From an uncultured Chthonomonadaceae bacterium (GTDB lineage: Bacteria > Armatimonadota > Chthonomonadetes > Chthonomonadales > CAJBBX01): a stretch of DNA of 64,000 bases. Position numbers and translations under genes: made by a program. The notes under the pieces were generated by a model that was given only the letters and a program-made list of their open reading frames with translations, was not told the DNA's origin and did not search any database. Each line of letters starts with the position of its first letter. Positions within the stretch are counted from its first letter, which is position 1. The stretch is taken from positions 5,008 through 69,007 of the forward strand of contig CAYNFH010000004.1 of assembly GCA_964396385.1 (NCBI GenBank). The letters run 5' to 3'. This document shows, one piece after another, positions 53,683-61,691 of this stretch.

Positions 53683-54450
53683 ATGGCAAAGATCCCGATC
53701 GGGCTGCAGCTCTACTCCGTGCGCGGAGAGTGCGAAAAGGACCTCGCGAACGCGATCAAGCAGACGGCAGCCATCGGCTACGTGGGCGCGGAGCCGTGGG
53801 GCTACGGCGGCGATGCCCTGGAGTGGATGGGCCACAAAGCGCGGGACATCCGCAGGATGTATGACGACAACGGTTTGAAGTGCTGCGGCTTCCATCTGCA
53901 GAGCAGGGCGCTCCAGGGCGACAACCTCCAGCGTACCGTGGAGATGAACCAGATCCTGGGCAACCGGTTCCTCATTATCGCCATGGACAAGAACCGGATG
54001 AGCAGCCGGGAGGGCATCCAGGAGCTGGTGGGGATCCTGGAGAGCGCGGCGGACCAAGTGAAGCCGCACGGGATGTTCACCGGCTACCATGCCCACGGGT
54101 TCGACTTTGCGGAAGTAGATGGCCGGCAGGCCTGGGACATCCTCTTCACCAGTCTGCGGCCGGACATCATCATGCAGATGGACATCGGCAACTGCGTGAG
54201 CGGAGGCGGCGACCCCATTGCGATGCTGCGAAAGTTCCCGGGGCGGGCGCGATCCGTGCATCTGAAGGACTTCGGCGGACCTCCCGGATGCGTCATCGGC
54301 GAGGGCCAGGCGGACTGGCCCACCATCTTCGACCTCTGCGAGCGCACCCAGAACACGGAATGGTACGTGGTGGAGGAGGGCGAGGAGAATGGCCTCGGCT
54401 TCGATACCTCCCGCCGGAGTCTGGAAGCGCTGCGGAGAATGGGCAAGTAG
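53683..54450 (+). CDS. Sugar phosphate isomerase/epimerase (xylose-isomerase-like TIM barrel)
   Basis: IGLQLYSVR start and YHAHGFDF. GAGAGGAG RBS. Confidence 0.85.
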   Translation: MAKIPIGLQLYSVRGECEKDLANAIKQTAAIGYVGAEPWGYGGDALEWMGHKARDIRRMYDDNGLKCCGFHLQSRALQGDNLQRTVEMNQILGNRFLIIAMDKNRMSSREGIQELVGILESAADQVKPHGMFTGYHAHGFDFAEVDGRQAWDILFTSLRPDIIMQMDIGNCVSGGGDPIAMLRKFPGRARSVHLKDFGGPPGCVIGEGQADWPTIFDLCERTQNTEWYVVEEGEENGLGFDTSRRSLEALRRMGK

Positions 54451-54465
54451 TACGGAGGACGCGGC

Positions 54466-54489
54466 GACGCGGCGACGCGTCGCCGCGTC
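54466..54489. terminator. Perfect 24-nt GC palindrome between convergent genes (likely bidirectional terminator)
   Basis: GACGCGGCGACG|CGTCGCCGCGTC. Preceded by a GGAGGAC/GCGGCGAC heptamer-like run. Confidence 0.5.
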
Positions 54490-54496
54490 AGTCGGG

Positions 54497-55609
54497 CTAC
54501 TGTATCAGCCCCAACGCTTCCACGGGGACGGGGTCTATGACCGGCTTGCCGTCCTGGAAGCGGCGGCCAAAGCCGAAGCCGTCGTCCCAGCCCCACACGG
54601 CCCAGCCTACGCCGCTCTCCTTCAGGACGCTCGCGAAGTCATGGAACCAGCGGCGGCGAGAATTCGGTGGGGCGTTCTTGGGATAGACGCCGAACTCGCC
54701 ACGGTAGAGCGGCACGTGGTGCTCCCGGCCCCAGTCCAGCGCCAGCGCCAGCCGCGACTTCAGCTTGTCCCGGTCCCAGTGCTGCCGGCCGTAGTCCTCC
54801 ACCCATCGCCGCGCTTCCGGGTCCGTGATGCCGGCCAGCGCCGGCGCCACCGCTTCCGGGCTGGAGGGATACGGGATGTCGCGCAGCAGCGGGGGAACGC
54901 GACCGGCCCACGTGGCGCCCTGGTGCGTGAACGTGAACGGGTCGTAGAAGTGGAAGGAGTAGACGATATCGCCGTCCGCCAGCGGGGTAAGCTTCCGCAA
55001 TCCGTCTATCCCGCCCCAGTCCGGCCCGGTGGCGATGATGGTGTGGCGCGGCGCGTTCTGCCGGATAGCGTGGACGATTCTCTCCTGGAGCGCGAACCAG
55101 TCCTGCTCGTGCCCGGTGAAGACAGGCTCATTCACCACCTCAAAGAAGAGCGTGTTCGGGTCGAAGTGGCGGAGCCTGGCCGCCAGCGCGCCCCAGAAGG
55201 TGGGGTAGCCGCCGGACCACGATTCGTTATGCTCAATGCGCTCCTGGTTGGTGTTGTGCGGGTCCACGATCACGGCCAGGTCGTGGGCGTGGAAGCGGGT
55301 GATGGCCGCCTCCAGGTCCGCCAGGTGGTCCGCGATGGGATGGGTGGGATCCGCCGGGTCGTACAGGTACTGCGGTGAGACGCAGAGCCGCACGTGGCGC
55401 AGCCCCAGGTGGCGGATCATCGCCATCTCATCATCACTCATGTAGTCGCGGTAGTGAGATTCCGGCTGCGGGCTGTAAGCCTGGAACCACTGGGTGACGT
55501 TGACCCCGCTGCTCAGCCGGTCCAGCCGGGCCTGCGGCACCGCGGCGATGGAGCCGGCGGCGACGGTCAGGAGCAGCGCGCCTGCCGTCAGGGCAGTTAC
55601 AATGCTCAT
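54497..55609 (-). CDS. Glycoside hydrolase family 5
   Basis: Signal peptide, and FEVVNEP (catalytic acid/base NEP). Confidence 0.8.
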   Translation of the reverse strand: MSIVTALTAGALLLTVAAGSIAAVPQARLDRLSSGVNVTQWFQAYSPQPESHYRDYMSDDEMAMIRHLGLRHVRLCVSPQYLYDPADPTHPIADHLADLEAAITRFHAHDLAVIVDPHNTNQERIEHNESWSGGYPTFWGALAARLRHFDPNTLFFEVVNEPVFTGHEQDWFALQERIVHAIRQNAPRHTIIATGPDWGGIDGLRKLTPLADGDIVYSFHFYDPFTFTHQGATWAGRVPPLLRDIPYPSSPEAVAPALAGITDPEARRWVEDYGRQHWDRDKLKSRLALALDWGREHHVPLYRGEFGVYPKNAPPNSRRRWFHDFASVLKESGVGWAVWGWDDGFGFGRRFQDGKPVIDPVPVEALGLIQ

Positions 55610-55699
55610 GTCGGTCTTCCCTTCAGGACCTCCGCCGCAACGTTGCGGTAGCCGGATCGGTCCCCAGCCTGTTATACCGGACGCCAGGAGCCGGATTCT

Positions 55700-56239
55700 A
55701 TGCCCAGATACCTCGCTTTGCTCCGCGCCATCAATGTAGGCGGTCATACGGTCAAGATGGAGCGGCTGCGGCAGCTCTTCGAGTCGCTCGGCTTCGAGCG
55801 CGTCTCTACCTTCATCGCCAGCGGGAACGTGCTGTTCGAGGCCGGTGAGGAGGATGCGCTGGCGTTGGAGGAGCGGATTGAGGGCTGCCTCCGGGACGCG
55901 CTCGGCTACGAAGTGACTACCTTCCTACGGACTCCGCTAGAGCTAGGATCCATTTGCCTCCTGGAGCCCTTCACCGCGGAAGAGCTGGAAGCCGAGCGCG
56001 CCGCCCTCTACATCGGCTGCCTCAAGACGGCTCCCACTCACGAGGCGGCGCAGCGGATCGTCGCACTCTCCACCGCTTCAGACGACCTGCGCATCCATGG
56101 GCGCGAGCTCTACTGGCTCTGCCGCACGCGGTTCAGCGAATCGCCCATCACCGGCGCGCGGCTGGAGCGGGCCCTGGGCATGCAGACCACCCTCCGCAAC
56201 GTGAACACCATCCTGCGCCTCGCGGACGCGTCGCTGTGA
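55700..56239 (+). CDS. DUF1697 protein
   Basis: LLRAINVGGHTVKM N-terminal signature. Confidence 0.8.
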   Translation: MPRYLALLRAINVGGHTVKMERLRQLFESLGFERVSTFIASGNVLFEAGEEDALALEERIEGCLRDALGYEVTTFLRTPLELGSICLLEPFTAEELEAERAALYIGCLKTAPTHEAAQRIVALSTASDDLRIHGRELYWLCRTRFSESPITGARLERALGMQTTLRNVNTILRLADASL

Positions 56240-56255
56240 CCGGCACGCGCACGGG

Positions 56256-56615
56256 CTACTTCTCTCCCCTGTAGACGCAGCCGGAGGTGCACGTCTCCTG
56301 GACCACCACCTTCGCCAGCCCCGGCAGCCGCGGCTGAAGGCGGACCCAGATCCAGCGGGCCAGGTGCTCGCTGGTGGGGTTCTCCAGTCCCTCGATGTCG
56401 TTGAGGCAGTTGTGGTCTAGCACGTCGAAGAGCGGCTGGAAGGCGGTCTTCAGGTCCGCGAAGTCCATCACCCAGCCGGAATGCTCGCCCACCTCGCCGC
56501 GGACGTGCACCTCCACGCGGAAGGAGTGGCCGTGCATCCTCCCGCACTTGTGTCCGGCCGGCACGTTGGGCAGCCGGTGGGCGGCCTCGATCTGGAAGAC
56601 CTTGTAGATGTCCAC
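56256..56615 (-). CDS. queD: 6-carboxy-5,6,7,8-tetrahydropterin synthase
   Basis: FQIEAAHRL and [13 protein letters not shown] motifs. GTG start at 56613-56615. Last gene of the queC-queE-queD operon. Confidence 0.85.
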   Translation of the reverse strand: MDIYKVFQIEAAHRLPNVPAGHKCGRMHGHSFRVEVHVRGEVGEHSGWVMDFADLKTAFQPLFDVLDHNCLNDIEGLENPTSEHLARWIWVRLQPRLPGLAKVVVQETCTSGCVYRGEK

Positions 56616-56626
56616 GGGTAGGGGCC

Positions 56627-57301
56627 TCAGGGGATCCCGATGAGCTTGTGCGTCTGCACGCTCAGGCGCCAGCGCGGATGCGCCAGACAGTACCGGATGG
56701 CGAGCCGCGTGTTCTCCGCCAGGTGGGGACCGTCCATAGGCTGCAGGTACCAACGCTGGAAGTCCAGGTGCTCAAAACGCTCCGGCGCCGCGCCCTCTTG
56801 CGGGTAGACGAGCTTCAGCTCGCTGCCGCGCTCCACCACCAGGGGCGCCCCCGCCTTGGGGCTCACCGTAAGCCAGTCGATTCCGACCGGCGCGGGGCGC
56901 GTGCCGTTGGTCTCGACCGCCACCTCTAAGCCATGGGCGTGGAAGGCCGCTATCAGCTCTTCGTCCAACTGGAGCAGCGGCTCACCGCCGGTGCAGACCA
57001 CGAAGGGCACGGAGGACGGAGAACGGAGGACGGAGGACGGAGTGCCGGTTCTGTGGTCGCTGGCCGGCCATTTCTGAGCAACGGCGGCCGCCAGCGAATC
57101 CGCGCTCCGGAACCTGCCGCCGCCGGGGCCGTTGGCGCCCACAAAATCCGTGTCGCAGAACTGGCAGATGGCGCGCCCGCGGTCCTCCTCGCGCCCTGTC
57201 CACAGGTTGCAGCCCGCAAACCGGCAGAACACCGCCGGGCGGCCCGCGTGGGCGCCCTCTCCCTGCAGCGTATAGTAGATCTCCTTTACGCTGTAGGTCA
57301 T
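56627..57301 (-). CDS. queE: 7-carboxy-7-deazaguanine synthase (Burkholderia-type radical SAM)
   Basis: [34 protein letters not shown]...CQFCDTDF and [15 protein letters not shown] overlap with queC. Contains an in-frame heptamer insert. Confidence 0.9.
   Translation of the reverse strand: MTYSVKEIYYTLQGEGAHAGRPAVFCRFAGCNLWTGREEDRGRAICQFCDTDFVGANGPGGGRFRSADSLAAAVAQKWPASDHRTGTPSSVLRSPSSVPFVVCTGGEPLLQLDEELIAAFHAHGLEVAVETNGTRPAPVGIDWLTVSPKAGAPLVVERGSELKLVYPQEGAAPERFEHLDFQRWYLQPMDGPHLAENTRLAIRYCLAHPRWRLSVQTHKLIGIP
57011..57045. repeat. GGAGGAC-type heptamer run inside queE
   Basis: GGAGGAC GGAGAAC GGAGGAC GGAGGAC GGAGTGC on the plus strand. Encodes ...[14 protein letters not shown]... on the minus strand. 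Confidence 0.85.
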
Positions 57302-57993
57302 CTGTGCGCGCGGTATCGCGTGGGGTCGGCTACGCCTGCTTCCTGAAAGCCTTTCCGGCGCAGGAGGCAGGAGTCGCACTCTCCGCACGCCTTCCCGGTG
57401 GGTGAGGGATCATAGCAGCTCAGCGTGGCGGCGTAGTCCACGCCGAGCTCGGTGCCCTTGCCGATGATCTGTGCCTTGGTGAGGTGGATGAGCGGCGTGT
57501 GGATCTTGATCCGCTGCGTTCCCTCTACGGCCGCCTTCGTCGCACGGTTGGCCATCTTCTCGTAGGCTTCGATGTACTCCGGCCGGCAGTCCGGGTAGCC
57601 TGAGAAGTCGAGGCTGTTTACGCCGATGTAGATGTCGCTGGCGCCCAGCACCTCCGCCCAGGCGAGCGCGAAGGAGAGGAAGATCGTGTTGCGGGCGGGC
57701 ACATAGGTGACGGGGATCCCCTCGCCCATCTCCTGCGCGCTTCGACCCTTCGGAACCGCGATATCCGCCGTAAGCGCCGACCCGCCGAACTGCCGGAGGT
57801 CCATATCCAGTACCACGTGCTCTGCAGCCCCGAGCTGGCGCGCGATACGCCGCGCCGCCTCCAGCTCCACCTGGTGCCGCTGCCCGTATTGGAAGCTCAG
57901 CGCGTAGGCGGCGTAGCCCTCGCTCCGGGCAATCGCCAGCACGGTGGCGGAATCCAGCCCACCGCTTAGAAGAACCACCGCCCTTCCGTTCAT
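57298..57993 (-). CDS. queC: 7-cyano-7-deazaguanine synthase
   Basis: [28 protein letters not shown] and CGECDSC motifs. First gene of the que operon. Confidence 0.9.
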   Translation of the reverse strand: MNGRAVVLLSGGLDSATVLAIARSEGYAAYALSFQYGQRHQVELEAARRIARQLGAAEHVVLDMDLRQFGGSALTADIAVPKGRSAQEMGEGIPVTYVPARNTIFLSFALAWAEVLGASDIYIGVNSLDFSGYPDCRPEYIEAYEKMANRATKAAVEGTQRIKIHTPLIHLTKAQIIGKGTELGVDYAATLSCYDPSPTGKACGECDSCLLRRKGFQEAGVADPTRYRAHR

Positions 57994-58026
57994 GTGTGTT
58001 GTGGCCTCAGGACTTGCGGTCCGCCT

Positions 58027-58371
58027 CTACCAGACGTCTTCCCCAGGAGGGCCGGTCCGCACCGGACAGTTCACCGCGAGCGCCGGTCTATCCTCTCCAC
58101 GCTTGCTGCCCGCGAGCGCGGCAGTGGCGGTGCGCCGACTCGCGCCACTTACCGGAAGCACGCCCGGCCTCCAAACGTCGGTATTTGCGACGAGCTCCTG
58201 GGCGAGCTGATCCTTCACCAGTTGCGGAGCCTGGGCCAGCATGAGCTTGATGAGCTTTAGGCGCTCGTCCTGTGAGTAGTTGGAGCGAATCCAGGCGGCG
58301 AGCTCAGGGAGGGAGGGAGCGGGCGAGTGGGCGAGCGGGTGAGCGGGCGAAGGAGTGAGACATTGTCTCAA
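58027..58371 (-). CDS. Hypothetical protein (start uncertain)
   Basis: The C-terminal two thirds look protein-like (LAAWIRSNYSQDERLKLIKLMLAQAPQLV). The N-terminus is encoded by the octamer repeat at 58307-58357. Confidence 0.3.
   Translation of the reverse strand: MRQCLTPSPAHPLAHSPAPSLPELAAWIRSNYSQDERLKLIKLMLAQAPQLVKDQLAQELVANTDVWRPGVLPVSGASRRTATAALAGSKRGEDRPALAVNCPVRTGPPGEDVW
58307..58357. repeat. Tandem octamer run (GGGCGAGN x4, preceded by GGGA repeats)
   Basis: GGGAGGGAGGGAGC GGGCGAGT GGGCGAGC GGGTGAGC GGGCGAAG GAGTGAGA. Confidence 0.7.
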
Positions 58372-58446
58372 ATTGGCGGGCAGATCATGCGGGTTCGGCG
58401 CCTGGGCGGGTGCGCCGTAGGAGTGGCCTCACGGATGGTCCGAGGG

Positions 58447-58938
58447 TCATTGTGCGTGCCTCTTCCTGATCTCCGTTGCCCACTCCGTTGCGTTCGCCTT
58501 CATCTCTTCAATCAGCACGTTCTGTTCTCTTGCGGCCTCGCGCACCTGATTGGCCGCTTGCTCTACTTCCGCAAGAGAGCGGCGGGCGCGTTCTTCCTCC
58601 TGGCGAAGCCGCTCGGCTGTCTGCCGCGCCTCCTCATTGAGAAGACGGATCTCTTCGCCGGCTAACCTGGCCTGCTCCCGAAGCTCCCGAAGCTCCTCCG
58701 CTACGACCCTCGCTATCTCCTGGGTCTGCCGCGTTTCCTCCGCCTGTACTCTACCAGTCTCAGCGGACTCCCGCACTTCCTCCTTGACCTGCCGTCGCTC
58801 CTCAGCAGTTTCCCGAGCGTCGGCGTGTTCCTCCCTCTGGCGCTCCGCTTGTTCACGCGCGTGTTCAGCTTCAGCCCTTTCAGTCTCTGCCTGCGGCTCC
58901 TGCTCCCTTCCCATTCTTGCACTCCTGTCGGCCCGCAC
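58447..58938 (-). CDS. Glu/Arg/Ala-rich coiled-coil protein
   Basis: 163-aa ORF with a heptad-like charged composition. Weak evidence of real coding. Confidence 0.45.
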   Translation of the reverse strand: MRADRSARMGREQEPQAETERAEAEHAREQAERQREEHADARETAEERRQVKEEVRESAETGRVQAEETRQTQEIARVVAEELRELREQARLAGEEIRLLNEEARQTAERLRQEEERARRSLAEVEQAANQVREAAREQNVLIEEMKANATEWATEIRKRHAQ

Positions 58939-59179
58939 ACCTCCAAATCTGCGGATGCCACCAGTTTCTCTACAGTACCGGCCCCGTGGCTAATGCCAAA
59001 AAGCGCGTTCGGGCCGAACTCGACCATTCCCTCTTAACGGCTCAGTGGGGCTGTTTTGTCTTAGGCGTGTCCGAGTAGGCTAAGAGGGCTTGACCGGTCC
59101 TGCGTTGACTACAGGCCGGCTTCTGGGGATCGCAGTAGCGAGACTGTCTGAACAAGCGTGGCCGGAGCTACCGGGTGAG

Positions 59180-59710
59180 CTATTGTGCGCTCTCCAGGTG
59201 GCCGGTCAGCGTGACCTCGAACGCGGCATCGGTGCTGCTGCTCGCCAGGTGCTCGGCGAAGAGCGTGATAGGTGTGCCAGGGTCGGCGTACATCAGCGCC
59301 GGCTCATTGGCAATGAAAATGTTGTGTCCCATGTTGTCAATGGGGTTGCTCGGGCTTGGAGCTGCCAAGTAGTTGTAAAGGAACTCCTTATGGTCGGTGC
59401 GAGAGGACACCCGAAAGAAGACTGGTTTGTCGGTCCCGCTGGTAAGGATGTATGCGTTTACGTGCTGGATCACAAAGCGCTGGCCGGCAGGCACCGTCAC
59501 CGTTGCGTTGTCCACGATTGGTAGCGGGCCGCCTGCGGAGACGCCGGCGCGGGCGTGGTCCGTTAACCGGGCGACGTACGGCACGGCCTTCGTGACGGCG
59601 ACCCCACCCTGTCCCACGCCGCCATGGCTGGTTCGGGTGGTGAGCAGCATCAGGTTCAGCAGAAGGAGAAGCAGGCAGATAGCAGATACGGCAGTGGCGC
59701 GCGACTTCAT
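59180..59710 (-). CDS. Secreted hypothetical protein
   Basis: Signal peptide MKSRATAVSAICLLLLLLNLMLL. Lower-GC coding region. Confidence 0.6.
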   Translation of the reverse strand: MKSRATAVSAICLLLLLLNLMLLTTRTSHGGVGQGGVAVTKAVPYVARLTDHARAGVSAGGPLPIVDNATVTVPAGQRFVIQHVNAYILTSGTDKPVFFRVSSRTDHKEFLYNYLAAPSPSNPIDNMGHNIFIANEPALMYADPGTPITLFAEHLASSSTDAAFEVTLTGHLESAQ

Positions 59711-59840
59711 GGTGTGGTCATCCTCCCCAAGGCTTTCTCCTTAGGTTCGGGCACGGTGTGCCCCCTCCTGCACGTCCCAGCCGTCCTACGCGTTTGAGAG
59801 GAGTAGGGCCGGATTCGCGGCTCCGGCCGGGCCGCCTTGC

Positions 59841-60041
59841 TCAGTAGTCGGTGGGGAGCATGAGCGTCCAGGCGCCGGCTTCGTTCTCTCCCAGCCAGAT
59901 GCCGGCCGCCAGGATCCATAGCCTGTCGCTGCCTGTGGCGTGCTGGAGCTTGGTGCGCAGCGCGTCGGCCAGGGCCGGGAGGTCCATGCCGACTCCCTCC
60001 GGATAGAACGGCTGGAGCTCGCTCCATAGGGCCGAAGACAT
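59841..60041 (-). CDS. Small hypothetical protein (start moved to clear the CRISPR-like repeats)
   Basis: Internal ATG at 60039-60041. The longer ORF would be translated from the repeat/spacer sequence. Confidence 0.3.
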   Translation of the reverse strand: MSSALWSELQPFYPEGVGMDLPALADALRTKLQHATGSDRLWILAAGIWLGENEAGAWTLMLPTDY

Positions 60042-60219
60042 GCGGGTGATGGGCTTCCCACCGGAGCGGTGCGCCTGGGCCGCCGCGGCCTCCAGCTCGC
60101 CGGCTTTTTGTTTCAATCCTCACCGCTCCCATGGGAGCGGTGCGCCGGGCCTGCCGGTGGAGCCCTTCCGGCTCCAGCGCGTGTTTCAATCCTCACCGCT
60201 CCGGTGAGAGCGGTGCGCC
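60039..60219 (-). CRISPR. Orphan mini-CRISPR-like array: two intact 37-nt repeats, one degenerate repeat, and two spacers
   Basis: Repeats lie at 60110-60146 and 60183-60219 (GTTTCAATCCTCACCGCTCC-N6-AGCGGTGCGCC), with internal stems CACCGCT/AGCGGTG. A 36-nt spacer lies at 60147-60182. A degenerate copy ending GGAGCGGTGCGCC at 60075 keeps the 71-73-nt period. Read on the minus strand, the repeat ends ATTGAAAC. Confidence 0.55.
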
Positions 60220-60246
60220 CTGAGGCTGCCATGAGCCACGCCTATC

Positions 60247-60420
60247 ATGCGCCGCGAGCATATCAGCGAGGACGAGGTGATGGCCGCCCTCCGAATCCAC
60301 GGCCTGGGCGATCCGAAGGACGCCCAGCTCGCCGTCCTGGAGGTGGACGGCACCCTCAGCGTCGTCCCCCGCGACACCCCCTACAAGCATAAGCCCAGCC
60401 CTCGGCGTCGTGCCGGGTGA
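60247..60420 (+). pseudogene. Fragment resembling the C-terminal part of a DUF421 (YetF-like) membrane protein
   Basis: 57 codons: MRREHISEDEVMAALRIHGLGDPKDAQLAVLEVDGTLSVVPRD. The N-terminal membrane part is missing, and a stop lies just upstream in frame. Confidence 0.4.
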
Positions 60421-60426
60421 TATAAT
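60418..60426 (+). promoter_or_regulatory. Extended -10 promoter element (TGaTATAAT) upstream of the antitoxin gene
   Basis: TG at 60418-60419 and TATAAT at 60421-60426, 37 nt upstream of the ATG at 60463. Confidence 0.4.
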
Positions 60427-60462
60427 GCATTTGGGCGCTCGTGCGACAATCCAATCAGGCCA

Positions 60463-60699
60463 ATGACCGTCATACTCGACCTAACTCCGGAACAAGAAGA
60501 CAGGCTGCAGCGCGAGGCGCAAGCCCGCGGCGTTGAACCAACGGATCTTCTCCGCCAGATTGTCCAAAGCGGGATCGACCAGATCGCTCCTGCCCCGCCG
60601 CCCGGAGCACGGATACCTGGTCTACATGCCGGAAAGATCTGGATAGCGGACGACTTTGATGAGCCGCTGCCGGACAGCTTTTGGCTGGGCGAGGAGTGA
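60463..60699 (+). CDS. Type II antitoxin (VapB-like, DUF2281-type C-terminus)
   Basis: The C-terminal GKIWIADDFDEPLPDSFW motif is typical of antitoxins paired with PIN toxins. Overlaps the toxin's start (GTGA). Confidence 0.7.
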   Translation: MTVILDLTPEQEDRLQREAQARGVEPTDLLRQIVQSGIDQIAPAPPPGARIPGLHAGKIWIADDFDEPLPDSFWLGEE

Positions 60700-61079
60700 A
60701 GCTTCTCCTGGATTCCCATACGTTTCTATGGTGGGCGAGCGAGCCGGCCAAGCTTTCGTCCACTGCCCTGACCCTCTGCAGCGATCCGGCGAACTCCCTC
60801 CTGTTGAGTTCGGCGAGTGCCTGGGAAGTGCAGATCAAACATAGCCTGGGGAAGCTGGGCCTCACCCTGCCCCTCAGCACGCTCCTCGCTCAGCAGCGGG
60901 CCAACGGACTGGGTATCCTGCCCGTCACAGTTGACCACGTGCTCCTCCTGGACACGCTGCCTTATCACCACAAAGACCCCTTTGACCGGCTTATCATCGC
61001 GCAGGCCATTGTGGAAGGGGCTTCCGTAGTCACCGCCGACCAGGCATTCTCGCATTACTCTGTCTCCACAATCTGGTAA
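60696..61079 (+). CDS. vapC: PIN-domain toxin
   Basis: LLLDSHTFLW, SAASAWEVQIK, HKDPFDRLIIAQA and VVTAD motifs. GTG start behind a GAGGAG RBS. Confidence 0.85.
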   Translation: MKLLLDSHTFLWWASEPAKLSSTALTLCSDPANSLLLSSASAWEVQIKHSLGKLGLTLPLSTLLAQQRANGLGILPVTVDHVLLLDTLPYHHKDPFDRLIIAQAIVEGASVVTADQAFSHYSVSTIW

Positions 61080-61442
61080 GCCGTCTCGGCCTGCGCCTAC
61101 ATCCCGCTACTCTCCACCACCGTAAAGATTCGGAAAGCCGATTTTCCGCCATCTTACACGCCCGCAGTGCAGCAGAGCTTCACTCCAAATGGTGCGTCCG
61201 GCAAATCCTCTCCCTTTTCTGGAGTCCCCGCAGGGGGACTTAGCGCCCTTCGTAGCCCGCGACTTATGGTCCTTGCGGAAATGGTGGGCCGGCGACGCCC
61301 CGCGCATGTGCTCGTGCTCCGCCGAAGGCAGCGGCGCCCACTCGCCCAACCGATGAAGGAGAAGGTCCAGAGGTTCCGAATCTTGAGGGCCGAGGTACTC
61401 GTGCGCCGCCAGCAGCGACCGTCGTAGCGCCGCCGCCTCCGG

Positions 61443-61592
61443 CTACGCCAGCGCCTGCCGGCTGGCGTACCAGCCACAGTAGGCGAGGAGGGCCGGAAGA
61501 CCACCGGCAGCCAGGAGCCAAGGAAGGCTCTGAAACCGGCCGCGTCGGGCTGGAACCGCTATCGGCTCATTGGCGACTTCAGCGGTGTTCAT
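61443..61592 (-). CDS. Small membrane protein (49 aa), divergent from the sigma factor gene
   Basis: ATG at 61590-61592. Sequence MNTAEVANEPIAVPARRGRFQSLPWLLAAGGLPALLAYCGWYASRQALA, then TAG. The same frame stays open beyond the TAG (see noticed_but_rejected). Confidence 0.25.
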   Translation of the reverse strand: MNTAEVANEPIAVPARRGRFQSLPWLLAAGGLPALLAYCGWYASRQALA

Positions 61593-61691
61593 GCGGCAGG
61601 CTTCGGTTCCCCGTCTGTTGTTTCCTCTGCGTTGCGGGTTGGCAGTGGAGCCTACTGATCCTTATTGCTTCATTGCCGCGCCTACCAATTG

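Noticed and set aside
57994-58060. preQ1 riboswitch in the leader of the queC-queE-queD operon
   Set aside because: The minus-strand leader (…CTGGTAGAGGCGGACCGCAAGTCCTGAGGCCACAACACAC-ATG) does not show the preQ1-I pattern I remember, a short hairpin followed by an A-rich tail. A covariance-model scan (Rfam RF00522, RF01054, RF02680) would settle it.
61107-61592. A single longer minus-strand protein spanning the TAG at 61443-61445, as possible stop-codon readthrough or an anti-sigma factor
   Set aside because: The same frame is open on both sides of the TAG, but neither part has recognisable motifs. A pseudogene or chance open frame in GC-rich DNA is more likely. Only the 49-codon upstream ORF is listed, at low confidence.
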